This document shows positions 1 to 9,727 of a DNA stretch of 64,000 nt, in pieces; the stretch's first letter is position 1; every line of letters begins with the position of its first letter. Below the pieces are notes generated by a model. It saw nothing but the letters and a program-made list of their open reading frames with translations. It searched no databases and was not told where the DNA came from. The DNA comes from Acidobacteriota bacterium. GTDB lineage: Bacteria > Acidobacteriota > UBA6911 > RPQK01 > JAJDTT01. A program made the translations under genes and the position numbers. The stretch is from NCBI GenBank assembly GCA_965217775.1, contig CBDCJH010000002.1:5184001-5248000 (forward strand), in the 5' to 3' direction.

Positions 1-1209
1 ATCGAGTACGTCGTCGTCGTCACGGGAAGAGAGCTGCTCGAAGGCGCTTACGCCGACGCGCACACTCAGTTTCTGGCGCGGACCCTCCGGCCGCTCGGAG
101 GACGATGCGTCGGGTCGGTCACCGTCACGGACGACGAGCAGGAAATAGGGCGAGCCCTCGACTACGCCTCGCGGCGAAGCCGGATCGTCGTCGTCACCGG
201 AGGACTCGGACCCACCGGCGACGACATTACCCGCCAGACACTGGCCAAGTACACGGGCATCCCTTTGCGGGAATCGCCCCAGGTGATCGATGAGTATCGG
301 CGCCGCTACGGAGACCGGGTATCCCGTCCGAGCCTCCGGCGACAGGCTCGGGTTCCGTCTCGTGGCGCCTATCTGAAGAATCGGGTTGGAAGTGCCGTCG
401 GACTCGTCTTCGACGATGGTGAACGCGTCATCGTGGCGTTGCCCGGCCCGCCCCGGGAACTCCGGCCCATGGTCCGGGATGAACTGATTCCTTTTCTGGC
501 CCGCCGCTTCGGAATCCAGTCGTCGGTCGAGTCGGTTACGCTGCGTTTCGTCGGGATCGGCGAGTCGAGCATCCAGAGGGTCATCGACGAGCACATTGAC
601 CTGCCGGCCGAGGTGAGGGTCGCTTCCAGCTTCGAAGCGGGACGGGTCGACCTCACCTTCTACGGCCACTCCGGCTTGTCCCGCATTCGAGAAAGCCTGC
701 TGGCGTTGCGGAGCCGGATGCTGGAGCAGCTCGGGAAACATGTCTATTCCATTGACGGATCGACCCTCGAGGAGACAATCCTGCAGCTTCTGGCCGACCG
801 CACGACGACGTTGGCCGTGGGCGAGGTGGCGACGGGAGGCGGCCTCTCGTCTCGATTGACCACGACTCCTTCCGCGTCGGCGGTTCTGTTCGGCAGCTAC
901 GTGGCCGCCACCAATGCGGGACTGAAGGCGTTGCTGGAGGCGGGCGGGTCAGGGACGTCGGGACAGGCTCCGGAGGGGAATGAGGCGGTCCGTGATCTGG
1001 CCCGAAAGGTGGCCGGCGCCCGGCGGGATCGATGGGTGCTGTTGGTGGCCGGACCGGAGAACCGGAACGCCGGCCGGGTCACCCTCTGCGCCGGGTCCCG
1101 GACCCAAGGATTCGAAATCGAGTCGGTCGGCTTCCGGCCCGGCAGATCGGGACGCGAGCGGCTCATTACGCGTGCCCTTGATTTCCTCAGGAGAAGACTG
1201 GCTCAATGA
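1..1209 (+). CDS. cinA: CinA-family protein (molybdopterin-binding-like N-terminal domain plus CinA C-terminal domain), 5'-truncated by the window edge
   Basis: Frame 1 is open from base 1 (IEYVVVVTGRELLEG...VVTGGLGPTGDDIT) into ORF 265..1209. Motifs LPGPPREL, GIGES and TLAVGEVATGG are CinA-like. Confidence 0.8.
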   Translation: MEYVVVVTGRELLEGAYADAHTQFLARTLRPLGGRCVGSVTVTDDEQEIGRALDYASRRSRIVVVTGGLGPTGDDITRQTLAKYTGIPLRESPQVIDEYRRRYGDRVSRPSLRRQARVPSRGAYLKNRVGSAVGLVFDDGERVIVALPGPPRELRPMVRDELIPFLARRFGIQSSVESVTLRFVGIGESSIQRVIDEHIDLPAEVRVASSFEAGRVDLTFYGHSGLSRIRESLLALRSRMLEQLGKHVYSIDGSTLEETILQLLADRTTTLAVGEVATGGGLSSRLTTTPSASAVLFGSYVAATNAGLKALLEAGGSGTSGQAPEGNEAVRDLARKVAGARRDRWVLLVAGPENRNAGRVTLCAGSRTQGFEIESVGFRPGRSGRERLITRALDFLRRRLAQ

Positions 1210-2096
1210 GTTCTGAACCGGGAGGAGGCTGCAAGAGACCGATGAGTTGGATGATGCGTCTGAGTTGGCTGCTTTGCCTGGGGCTGAGCTCCCAGGTTCT
1301 GGCCCTCGATTTTCCGCACCAGGCCCGGGTGGTCGAGATCACGGACCTGACCCACGACGTGAAGCGGGTGCGGCTGGTCCTGCTGAATCCAGACGGGTTC
1401 GTGTTCAAGCCGGGACAATTCGTCTTTCTGAAGGTCCCGGAAGAATTCGTCCAGGAGTGGAATACTCGATACCGGACGACACATGGCTCGGTTTTTCGAC
1501 CCTACTCCTTCGCCTCCCCGCCCAGCCGGCTTCCGGAATTCGACTTCATTATCAAGCACTTCCGGGCGCCGCCCGGCAAGGACGTGCCGCCCGGCGTCGC
1601 TTCGACCTACGTCCACACCCGTCTCCGGACCCAGGACGTGCTCCACCTCAGCGATCCCACCGGCACTCTCTACCTGGGTCAGGACAGCGACCGTCCCATC
1701 CTGGTGGTGGCCGGCGGCAGCGGCGCCGCTCCTTTCGTCGGTCTGTTGGAGTACTGGTTCGAAGCAGGGATGAACCGGACCCGGAAGATCCACTTTTTCT
1801 TCGGTGTCCGGAGCCGGAGGGATCTTCTGCTGCACGACCTGTTCTCCCGGTGGGCCGCCGAGAAAGAGAACTTCACCTACACGCCGGCACTCTCCTCTCC
1901 CCGTGAAGGGGACGACTGGCAAGGCGAGACCGGTTATATTCAACTCTCGGTCGACAAGTATGTGGAGGCCCCGTCCGAGGCGGAAGCCTATTTGGCCGGT
2001 CCGCCCATAATGGTGAAGATGGTGACCAAGGTCCTCCGGGCGAAGGGACTCCCGGACAGTCGCATTTTTTTCGATCAGATTCTTGCCAGGGAATGA
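1206..2096 (+). CDS. FAD/NAD(P)-binding oxidoreductase (FNR family, NqrF C-terminal-like), possible signal peptide
   Basis: Motifs FKPGQF, RPYSFAS, GVASTY, VAGGSGAAP, FFFGVR and YLAGPPIM. ATGA overlaps the cinA stop. Confidence 0.85.
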   Translation: MSSEPGGGCKRPMSWMMRLSWLLCLGLSSQVLALDFPHQARVVEITDLTHDVKRVRLVLLNPDGFVFKPGQFVFLKVPEEFVQEWNTRYRTTHGSVFRPYSFASPPSRLPEFDFIIKHFRAPPGKDVPPGVASTYVHTRLRTQDVLHLSDPTGTLYLGQDSDRPILVVAGGSGAAPFVGLLEYWFEAGMNRTRKIHFFFGVRSRRDLLLHDLFSRWAAEKENFTYTPALSSPREGDDWQGETGYIQLSVDKYVEAPSEAEAYLAGPPIMVKMVTKVLRAKGLPDSRIFFDQILARE

Positions 2097-2106
2097 GGTG
2101 TTAGAT

Positions 2107-2661
2107 ATGGAGACTCAAACGATCATGGCTGTGGTTTCGTTTCTGGCTCTGGCGTCGGGCCTGCTGGCCCTCAGGTCGGCTTCCGCGGCGAAGAGCCGGA
2201 CCCGAACGTTGGAGCGGAAGCTCGAGACCCTGGAAGAAGACGTTTCCAGGGCGGGCTCCCAACAGAAGGAACAACTCGAGAATCAGGGGCAACTGCTCCG
2301 GAGAGTGGCCCAGGGTAAACACGTGACGGAGGCCGTCCTTTCCGGCGGCCTTTTCGACGAAATCGACGGTGAAGAAGCCATGGAAATGCTTCGCCGGCAT
2401 CCGGATACCTTGATCATCGATGTCCGGGAGCCCCATGAGCACGCCGCGGTCCGGATCCCCGGCGCCAAGCTGATCCCCCTCGGAGAAGTTGGCGGCCGTA
2501 CTTCCGAGATCCCGCAAGAGTCCGACCGCATCATCATGCATTGCGCCGCCGGAGGACGCTCGGCCCAGGCCTGCGCCCAACTGGGTGTCCAGGGATACGT
2601 CAATCTCTACAATTTGGCCGGTGGAATCGGACGCTGGCCCGGAGAAATCCGGAGGGGATAG
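2107..2661 (+). CDS. Membrane-anchored rhodanese-domain protein
   Basis: N-terminal hydrophobic helix and coiled coil, then IIDVREPHEH, HCAAGGRS and NLAGGIGRW. Confidence 0.85.
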   Translation: METQTIMAVVSFLALASGLLALRSASAAKSRTRTLERKLETLEEDVSRAGSQQKEQLENQGQLLRRVAQGKHVTEAVLSGGLFDEIDGEEAMEMLRRHPDTLIIDVREPHEHAAVRIPGAKLIPLGEVGGRTSEIPQESDRIIMHCAAGGRSAQACAQLGVQGYVNLYNLAGGIGRWPGEIRRG

Positions 2662-2739
2662 CCGGAATCCAGCAGACTTCTTGAAACGATCGATCCGTAA
2701 AATGTTCGGATATCCCCCGATGGATAATGCGGGGCTAGC

Positions 2740-5043
2740 GTGAACCGTACAACGCGTTTTTTCGTGGCGTGGGCCGTTCCCTCTCTGCTCATTCTTCTGG
2801 CGCTTCTGCAGGGAGGCCCACAGTTTTTGGACGCCGCCCCCGGCAAGCCGAGCATGAGGGCGTTTCGCGTGTCGGAGCCGCCGGTGATGGACGGCGTGGT
2901 GGATTCGTCCTGGATGTCCATGGCGCCGGCCACCGGTTTCATCCAACAGCTCCCGGAAACGGGAGCCCCGGCGACCGAACGGGTGGAGGTACGGATCGGA
3001 TACAACCGCGACACCATCTTCGTCGGCGTCATCTGCTTCGATTCCCGGCCGCAGGCCATCGTCTCCACCCAGGCCCGGCGCGACGGCGTCCTGGACGAGA
3101 CCGATTCGTTCGAGGTTCTCCTGGATACCTACGACGATGACCAGAGCGGATACCTTTTTGCCACGACTCCCGGAGGCATCGAGTTCGACGCCCAGATCAT
3201 CCACGGCGGCCAGAGCCGCGCCTCAGGGGGACCCGCCCGAGCCGGCTCCGTGGGCGGCAGCGGCTTCGGTGGGGCCCAACGGGGCGGAGCGTCCGCTTTC
3301 AACCTGAATTGGGATGCGGTCTGGACGGTCCAGGCCAGGATCACTTCCCGCGGCTGGGAAGCCGAGCTCGCGATTCCCCTCAGGAGTCTGCGTTACGAGC
3401 CTGGAACGAATCGCACCTGGGGGATCAACTTCAAACGAAATCTCCGCCGGAAGAACGAACAGTCTTACTGGGCCCCGGTCACCCGCGGGTTCGAGATCCA
3501 ACGCGTTTCCCTGGCCGGAGAGCTGACCGGACTGGATCTGGATTTTCGACCCAGCCGCCAAGTCATTCCCTACGTCAAGGGCGGATTCCTCCACGATTAC
3601 CGGGGATCCGATCCATTGAAGGACGGGATTCTGGATGCCGGCGTGGACATGAAATACACGCTCACGCCGACTTTGACGTTGGACGCGACCGTAAACACCG
3701 ACTTCTCCCAGGTGGAGGTGGACGAGGAGCAGGTCAACCTGACCCGCTTCGATCTCTTCTTCCCGGAGAAGAGACCTTTCTTCCTGGAAAATGCCGGGTA
3801 TTTCCAGGTCGGCAGTCCCCGCCAGGCGGAACTCTTCTTCAGCCGCCGCATCGGCATCGATGACAGCGGAGTCGAGGTTCCCATCCTGGGGGGCGCCCGT
3901 ATCACCGGGAAGCTGAATCGTTTCAACCTGGGTGTCCTCAACATGCAGACCAATGAAGTGGAGGACGTGACTCCGGCGCACAACTTCACGGTTCTGCGCG
4001 TGGCCCGGGAGGTGGGTTCCCGCAGCGGATTCGGCGCCATCTTCATCAACAAGGTGGCCACCGGCTCTGCGGCGGCGCCGAACGAATTCAACCGGACCTA
4101 CGGCGTGGACGCCAACATCGGACTGGGGGAACGCTGGACCTTCTTCAACTACGCTGCCCGCACCGAGACGCCGGGTCTTGACGGGCGCGATCACGCCGCC
4201 AGCTCGGCGGTGAGCTACAACACCGATTTCTTCAACTGGGACGTGGGTTATCTGGAGGTGGGAGAGGATTTCAATCCTGAGGTGGGATTCGTGCCCAGGT
4301 CAGGCTACCGGAGGCCCTCCTACGGGATCTTCTTCAATCCCCGCCCCAAGAATCATCCTTTTTTCCGCCGTTTCTGGCCGCATCATTCCTGGCGCGGACA
4401 CTATCGCTTCGACGGTTCCCGCGAGTCGGGTTGGCGCCACAACGATATGCGGATCTTCTTCCAGAACGGTGGATCGGTGGGGTTCGCGTTCAATCAGAAT
4501 TTCGAACAGCTCTTCGAACCCTTCGAGATCTTCGACGACATCGTTCTGTCGAAGGGAATCTACCGTTTCAACAACTGGCTGTTGACTGTCGAATCGGACG
4601 AAAGCGCCAATCTCTTCGGCGTCGCCAACTATTCCTGGGGAGAATTCTACTCGGGTCATATCGACACCCTCAGCCTTCGGGCCGGATTCCGCGTGGGAGC
4701 CGAGTTTCTGCTGGCCGCCCGCTACGTGCACAATTCGGTGGACCTCCCGGAGGGGCCTTTTCGCACGAACCTGGCCATGGTGCAGTTGAACTATTCCTTC
4801 ACGCCGAAGAGCTATATCCAGTCCCTGATCCAGTACAACAGCTCCGAACGGGAGATCGGGGCCAACATCCGGTTCGCCCTGCTTCGCACCGGAAACACCG
4901 GATTCTTCATCGTCTACAACAGCCACTTCGATCCCACAGGAATCGACCCGCACGAAGGACCGATGGTGCCCGGTCCCTATCGGACGCAGAGAACCCTGGA
5001 CCGGACGATCCTGGCCAAGTTCACCTATCTGCTGGATTTCTGA
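2740..5043 (+). CDS. CBM9-like/DUF5916 outer-membrane protein
   Basis: Signal peptide, PVMDGVVD, WDAVW, NTDFSQVEVD, FFPEKRPFFLE, and a C-terminal aromatic residue typical of beta-barrels. Confidence 0.85.
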   Translation: MNRTTRFFVAWAVPSLLILLALLQGGPQFLDAAPGKPSMRAFRVSEPPVMDGVVDSSWMSMAPATGFIQQLPETGAPATERVEVRIGYNRDTIFVGVICFDSRPQAIVSTQARRDGVLDETDSFEVLLDTYDDDQSGYLFATTPGGIEFDAQIIHGGQSRASGGPARAGSVGGSGFGGAQRGGASAFNLNWDAVWTVQARITSRGWEAELAIPLRSLRYEPGTNRTWGINFKRNLRRKNEQSYWAPVTRGFEIQRVSLAGELTGLDLDFRPSRQVIPYVKGGFLHDYRGSDPLKDGILDAGVDMKYTLTPTLTLDATVNTDFSQVEVDEEQVNLTRFDLFFPEKRPFFLENAGYFQVGSPRQAELFFSRRIGIDDSGVEVPILGGARITGKLNRFNLGVLNMQTNEVEDVTPAHNFTVLRVAREVGSRSGFGAIFINKVATGSAAAPNEFNRTYGVDANIGLGERWTFFNYAARTETPGLDGRDHAASSAVSYNTDFFNWDVGYLEVGEDFNPEVGFVPRSGYRRPSYGIFFNPRPKNHPFFRRFWPHHSWRGHYRFDGSRESGWRHNDMRIFFQNGGSVGFAFNQNFEQLFEPFEIFDDIVLSKGIYRFNNWLLTVESDESANLFGVANYSWGEFYSGHIDTLSLRAGFRVGAEFLLAARYVHNSVDLPEGPFRTNLAMVQLNYSFTPKSYIQSLIQYNSSEREIGANIRFALLRTGNTGFFIVYNSHFDPTGIDPHEGPMVPGPYRTQRTLDRTILAKFTYLLDF

Positions 5044-5111
5044 CCGGTTCTGAATCATGCTATGAGCGTTCCGAGCAACGCCGGAAACGGGTGAATGCCA
5101 GCGCCGGAATC

Positions 5112-5573
5112 ATGACCTACCTGACGCGTTTGACTGCGGCCATCAAGAGGGAATTGGAGCAGGGTCGACTGGGAACTCCCGTCTACGTGCGGTTGGTGAT
5201 CGTAGCGTCATCAGACCATGGACACCTTGTCCCCGTCTCCGTCGCGGGCATGCAGGTGGTCCAGGAGTTGCTGGGGCCGCCGATTGACGAGATCTTCGCC
5301 GCCGGGAGCGTCGAGTCCGGGAATCTGTCGTTGCAACTGCATTTGGAGGGCGGGCGCACCGGTCAGGTCGTGGTGATCCTCAAGCGGGAGGGCTCGCCGG
5401 GAGCGGACCTGCTCCTCGTCGGGAACCATGGCACCCTGCGGCATGATCTGGCGGAAGCCGATCTCGCCGGTGAAACCGGGGAACGGCTCTGGAGCGCGGG
5501 TTCGGTACGAGCGGAGTTGGTCGAGGCGGTGGAAGAGTCGTTGCGGAAGAGATCGCCGGTGCGGCTCGGGTAA
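5112..5573 (+). CDS. Hypothetical protein resembling a stand-alone Gfo/Idh/MocA C-terminal domain
   Basis: ATG at 5112 within ORF 4431..5573. GRLGTPVYVR, LVGNHGTL and EAVEESLR resemble the C-terminal domain. Confidence 0.6.
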   Translation: MTYLTRLTAAIKRELEQGRLGTPVYVRLVIVASSDHGHLVPVSVAGMQVVQELLGPPIDEIFAAGSVESGNLSLQLHLEGGRTGQVVVILKREGSPGADLLLVGNHGTLRHDLAEADLAGETGERLWSAGSVRAELVEAVEESLRKRSPVRLG

Positions 5574-5584
5574 CGGAGCGATCC

Positions 5585-6718
5585 ATGGGAAATACCTACG
5601 GGGTCCTTCTGGTGGCCGGAGACTTGACCCACCAGGAGAATTACGGTGCGGCGTTCGGTCGAGACCCGCGTTGCCGCCTGGTGGCGGTGACCGACGAGCC
5701 TGGAGTCCCGGAACGCAGGGATCGTTTGAATCGATCTCTGGCCCGCCGCTTTGGAATTCCCTTCATCCCCGATCTGTCGGATGCCCTGAAGCGCAGTGAC
5801 GTCCACGTCGTCAGCGTCTGCGTGGAGTTCGAACGCCGCGCCCAGGTGGCCGCTCAATGCGCCCGAGCGGGCAAGCACGTCTACGTGGACAAACCGTTGA
5901 CCGTCTCCAACCGGGAGGCGTCCTCTCTGGTGTCCGAGATCCGGAGGGCCGGAGTACGAAGCCAGATGTTCAGCATGTTCCGAACCCCTTGGGCCCAACG
6001 GGCTCGGCGGCTAACCGACAGCGGCGCCCTGGGGGGACTCGTGAGCATGCACAGCGACCTTCTGTTCTCCAAGGGTCACACCGGGACCGCCGATCTGGAC
6101 CGTCCCCGCCAAGAACATTTCCCGCCCCGAAGGTTCACCTATATCGACTCGAAACGGGAACTCTTCACCATGGGGGTCTATTCCATCGGGATCATGCGTT
6201 GGCTCACAGGCCGTGCGGTGAAACGCGTCTATGCCCGAACCGCCAACTATTTCTTCCAGGAACACCAGAAGAACGACGTGGAAGATTTCGCGGCCCTGAC
6301 CATGGAGTTCGAAGGCGGACTGGTGGGAACCCTGAGCGGAGCGAGAATCGGCTGGCTGAGTCATCTGGCCGGTGGAGTTTCGGGGATCTTCCTGGCCGGG
6401 ACCCGGGGTTGCCGATTCGTCGACGGTGCCCGGCCCCGGTTCGAAGTTGCCTGCGATGCTCCTGCCTGGCGGCCCGGACCGCCGCATCCCGAAGATCCCA
6501 TGGGGTTCTGGAGGAGCAGCACCCGGGAGGCCGGCGGGGTCCACAAGTTCACATGGCGTACGGTCCCCGAGGCGACCCAGTCGGACGAGTCCTTCTTCAT
6601 CGACTGTATCGAGCAGAACCGCGAGAGCGACATGAGCGTCGCCGAGGCCGCCGAGGTGCTGAAGGTGCTCCTGGCCGGCTACGAGTCCGCAGCCACCGGC
6701 AAGGTGGTCTCCATTTAG
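5585..6718 (+). CDS. Gfo/Idh/MocA family oxidoreductase
   Basis: AGKHVYVDKPL, DVEDFA, AGYESAATGKVV. Confidence 0.9.
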   Translation: MGNTYGVLLVAGDLTHQENYGAAFGRDPRCRLVAVTDEPGVPERRDRLNRSLARRFGIPFIPDLSDALKRSDVHVVSVCVEFERRAQVAAQCARAGKHVYVDKPLTVSNREASSLVSEIRRAGVRSQMFSMFRTPWAQRARRLTDSGALGGLVSMHSDLLFSKGHTGTADLDRPRQEHFPPRRFTYIDSKRELFTMGVYSIGIMRWLTGRAVKRVYARTANYFFQEHQKNDVEDFAALTMEFEGGLVGTLSGARIGWLSHLAGGVSGIFLAGTRGCRFVDGARPRFEVACDAPAWRPGPPHPEDPMGFWRSSTREAGGVHKFTWRTVPEATQSDESFFIDCIEQNRESDMSVAEAAEVLKVLLAGYESAATGKVVSI

Positions 6719-6746
6719 GAGGGGCGACAAGAAAGTCGCCGCTCCT
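6717..6746. terminator. Palindrome between convergent genes (REP-like, possible bidirectional terminator)
   Basis: AGGAGGGGCGAC-AAGAAA-GTCGCCGCTCCT stem-loop, related to elements at 10260 and 31381. Confidence 0.55.
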
Positions 6747-6747
6747 T

Positions 6748-7794
6748 TCAAAACCAGGCGTTCTTGTCGACCACGTTCTTGACCGGCCTGCCGGCAGCGT
6801 ATCGCCTGACGTTGTCCACCACCACCTGGGCGAATCGATCGGGGATCCTGGGGGACCGGGCGGCGCAGTGCGGAGTCAGGATGACGTTCTCCATCTGCCA
6901 GAGAGGATGCTCCGGGGGAAGCGGTTCGATTTCGAACACGTCGAGGCCGGCGCCGGCGATCTCCCCCGCCTCCAGCGCCGCGACCAGATCGTTCAGGTCG
7001 ACGATGACTCCGCGTCCGATGTTGATCAGAAAGGCGGTCCGCTTCATCTGCCGGAATTGGGGCCGCCGGAACATCTTGACCGTTTCCGGCGTATGAGGCG
7101 CGGAAATCACGACGAAATCGCTCTCCACCAGCAGGTCTGCCAGCCGTTCCGGCTTCCAGAGCGACTCCACGCCCGGCGGACATTCCTCTCGCTTGGGGTC
7201 GACCGCCAGCACCCGCATCCCGAAGGCCAGGCCTCGGCGGGCCACCTCCGATCCGATGCTGCCCAGACCGACCACGCCCAGAGTGGTGTCCGAAAGGTGG
7301 ATGTGGGCCCGGTCGGCGGGAGCGACGTCTCTCAGGCTGCGCACGAAGTTGGGGACTTTCCAACTGGGGTCTCCCATCACCTCCCAGGTGGCTTTCGCCT
7401 GATTGCGGACGTAGTGGTGGAAATTCCGGGCGAAGCAGAGGATGAATCCGAAGACGTGCTCGGCAATGACGTCCGAGAAGATGCCCCGCATGTTGGTCAG
7501 GATCGAGGGATGCTCCACCAGGGCGGGGAAGAGATAGTGTTCCATGCTGGCACTGGGCGCTTGTATCCAGTGCAACCGGGTTTCCGCTGCCAGCAGCTTT
7601 GGCGTCATCTTGCCGAAGAAGGCGTCGGCGTTCACCAGGGCCGCGGCTGCGGCGTCCTCGTCGGGCGCGCTCACCACGGTGCCGCCGTCACCGGCAGCTT
7701 CCACGATCGCGGCAAGGCGATGAGCATCCACGGCGGGATAGATCGCCAGCTTGAAGATTCGCTTCGGGTTTTGGTTTTGGTGTTCCGTTGTCAT
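6748..7794 (-). CDS. D-2-hydroxyacid dehydrogenase family
   Basis: GVVGLGSIG, LINIGRG, AGLDVFEIEPL, LTPH. Confidence 0.92.
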   Translation of the reverse strand: MTTEHQNQNPKRIFKLAIYPAVDAHRLAAIVEAAGDGGTVVSAPDEDAAAAALVNADAFFGKMTPKLLAAETRLHWIQAPSASMEHYLFPALVEHPSILTNMRGIFSDVIAEHVFGFILCFARNFHHYVRNQAKATWEVMGDPSWKVPNFVRSLRDVAPADRAHIHLSDTTLGVVGLGSIGSEVARRGLAFGMRVLAVDPKREECPPGVESLWKPERLADLLVESDFVVISAPHTPETVKMFRRPQFRQMKRTAFLINIGRGVIVDLNDLVAALEAGEIAGAGLDVFEIEPLPPEHPLWQMENVILTPHCAARSPRIPDRFAQVVVDNVRRYAAGRPVKNVVDKNAWF

Positions 7795-7795
7795 T

Positions 7796-8818
7796 TCATG
7801 CTCCCTGGGAATCGATGTGCGAACTCACTCTGGGCCTGATGACGGTGCACCCAATGGTGCGAAAGTCTTCCTGCAGGTCGCGGAAGGTCTCGTCGGACCC
7901 GCAGATTCCGACGACGGCTCCCCCCGATCCGGCGTATTTCGCGCAGACTCCATGGGACCGCGCCATCTCGACCATCTCGACGTTCTTGGGATCCAACCTG
8001 GACAGCCCGGATCGAATATCGAAGTTCCGGTCCACCAGGCGCGCCAACTCCACCGCGTCCCCTTGCAACAGGCATTCTCTCCCCTGCCGCGCAAGATCCG
8101 CGAACTGTTCCATGGCCCGATGAACCGCCCGCTCTCCCCGGTTCCAGCGGCCTCTCAAATCGGAGTGATAGATGCCGGAGATCCGGCTCAGATCGTTGCG
8201 GAATGCCAGGTAGAGCGGGGGCAGCAAGCCGGGGTCGAGGGACTCGTAGAGTCCATGCCCGAGGCGGCTCATGGTCTCCCGGTTGAAATCCATGTAGACG
8301 AGGCCTTCGTAAACCTGGCAGACGCGATCCTGGAGGCCCGCGTCGATGCCGATCTCCTCCGTTTCCACCGAGAGGACGAGTCCGGGCAGAATCTCCCGGG
8401 GGATGGACACCTGGTAGAACTCGGCCAGACCCCGCATGGCCGCGGTGATGATGGCGCTGGAACCTCCCAGGCCCACTTGGCGCGGAATGTCGGTCTCGTA
8501 CCTGAGCGAAAAGTTCTGCTCAGGGAGTCGAATCTGCTCTCGCCAGCAGTATTCGGCGAAGACCTTGATCGTGGCCTTGACCAGGCGGAGACCGCCGTAG
8601 AGCCCGTTGAGCCGGACGTCGTCCACCAGGTCCTCCAGTTGCCGGAACTCGCAGCGGTCCTGGCGGCTCAGGATGATCTCCAGTTCGGGCCATTCGTAGA
8701 CGACGACCTTGGCGGAGTAGTTTCTCAGGATGCAGGAGATGGTCTTGCCGAAGAAGCCGTCGGAAGGGTTGCCCAGGAGGCCGATGCGAGCGTTGGCCGC
8801 GGCCCTAGTGATCTTCAA
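7796..8818 (-). CDS. GHMP kinase, glucuronokinase-like
   Basis: ARIGLLGNPSDGFFGKTIS, IPRQVGLGGSSA, AGLQDRVCQVYEG and KYAGSGGA match plant-type glucuronokinase motifs as recalled. Confidence 0.8.
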   Translation of the reverse strand: MKITRAAANARIGLLGNPSDGFFGKTISCILRNYSAKVVVYEWPELEIILSRQDRCEFRQLEDLVDDVRLNGLYGGLRLVKATIKVFAEYCWREQIRLPEQNFSLRYETDIPRQVGLGGSSAIITAAMRGLAEFYQVSIPREILPGLVLSVETEEIGIDAGLQDRVCQVYEGLVYMDFNRETMSRLGHGLYESLDPGLLPPLYLAFRNDLSRISGIYHSDLRGRWNRGERAVHRAMEQFADLARQGRECLLQGDAVELARLVDRNFDIRSGLSRLDPKNVEMVEMARSHGVCAKYAGSGGAVVGICGSDETFRDLQEDFRTIGCTVIRPRVSSHIDSQGA

Positions 8819-9704
8819 CCAAACGCTCCAGCAGACGCTTGCGGAGCCCGGAGCCCAGATCCGGGTCGCGCAGGGCGAACTCGACGAAGGTCTCGAAATA
8901 GCTCTCGAAGTTGCCGATGTCGTAGCGCCTCTCGTTCTCCGGAAGACGGACCCCGACGACCGTCTCTCCTGCTTCCAGCAGCAGTTGGATGGCGTCGGTC
9001 AACTGGATCTCGCCGCCGACTCCAGGTTGGATGCGGTCCAGCTTCCGATAGATGGAAGGCGAGAAGACATACCGGCCGACCAAGGCCAGACGGCTGGAAG
9101 TGGACCCGACAGGCGGTTTCTCGATCAGACCCAGAATGGGAAATTCGGGACCGTCACCTCCCGGTTCCACGATCCCATACCGGAAGATGTCCTGAGGAGA
9201 AACCGTCTCGACGGCGACCACGCAGGCCGCCCCCGACTCGCGATGGATCCGGGTCATGGCGCTCACGACGTGCGACGGCGAATCGAGACCGATGATGCTG
9301 TCTCCCAGCGCAACCACGAAGGGTCGGTTCTGGGTGAATTGGCGGGCACACCGCACCGCATCCCCCAATCCCCGCTGAAGCCGCTGGCGAGTGTAGAAGA
9401 ACTGGACCTCGGTCTGCTCGTAGTCGAGCTCCAGCAGCAGGTCTTCCTTTCCCGACTCCCTCAGATTCCGGATCAACTGCTGATCCGGATCGAAGTGGTT
9501 CTCGATCGAGGTCTTGGTCCTTCCGGTGACGAAGAGGATCTCCTTGATGCCGTTCCTGCCCAGTTCTTCGACCACGTATTGGACCACCGGCTTCTTGGCC
9601 ACCGGCAGCATTTCCTTGGGCTGAGACTTGGTGGCCGGCAGGAGGCGGGTCCCCAATCCGGCCACGGGAACGACGGCGACGCTGATCTTCGGCCCTGATT
9701 TCAT
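8805..9704 (-). CDS. galU: UTP--sugar-1-phosphate uridylyltransferase (GalU family)
   Basis: PVAGLGTRLLPATKSQPKEMLPV, GLGDAV, GEIQLTDAI, RYDIG. ATG at 9704. Confidence 0.88.
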   Translation of the reverse strand: MKSGPKISVAVVPVAGLGTRLLPATKSQPKEMLPVAKKPVVQYVVEELGRNGIKEILFVTGRTKTSIENHFDPDQQLIRNLRESGKEDLLLELDYEQTEVQFFYTRQRLQRGLGDAVRCARQFTQNRPFVVALGDSIIGLDSPSHVVSAMTRIHRESGAACVVAVETVSPQDIFRYGIVEPGGDGPEFPILGLIEKPPVGSTSSRLALVGRYVFSPSIYRKLDRIQPGVGGEIQLTDAIQLLLEAGETVVGVRLPENERRYDIGNFESYFETFVEFALRDPDLGSGLRKRLLERLVEDH

Positions 9705-9727
9705 GGTGTCTCGTCTCACCGACGGGG

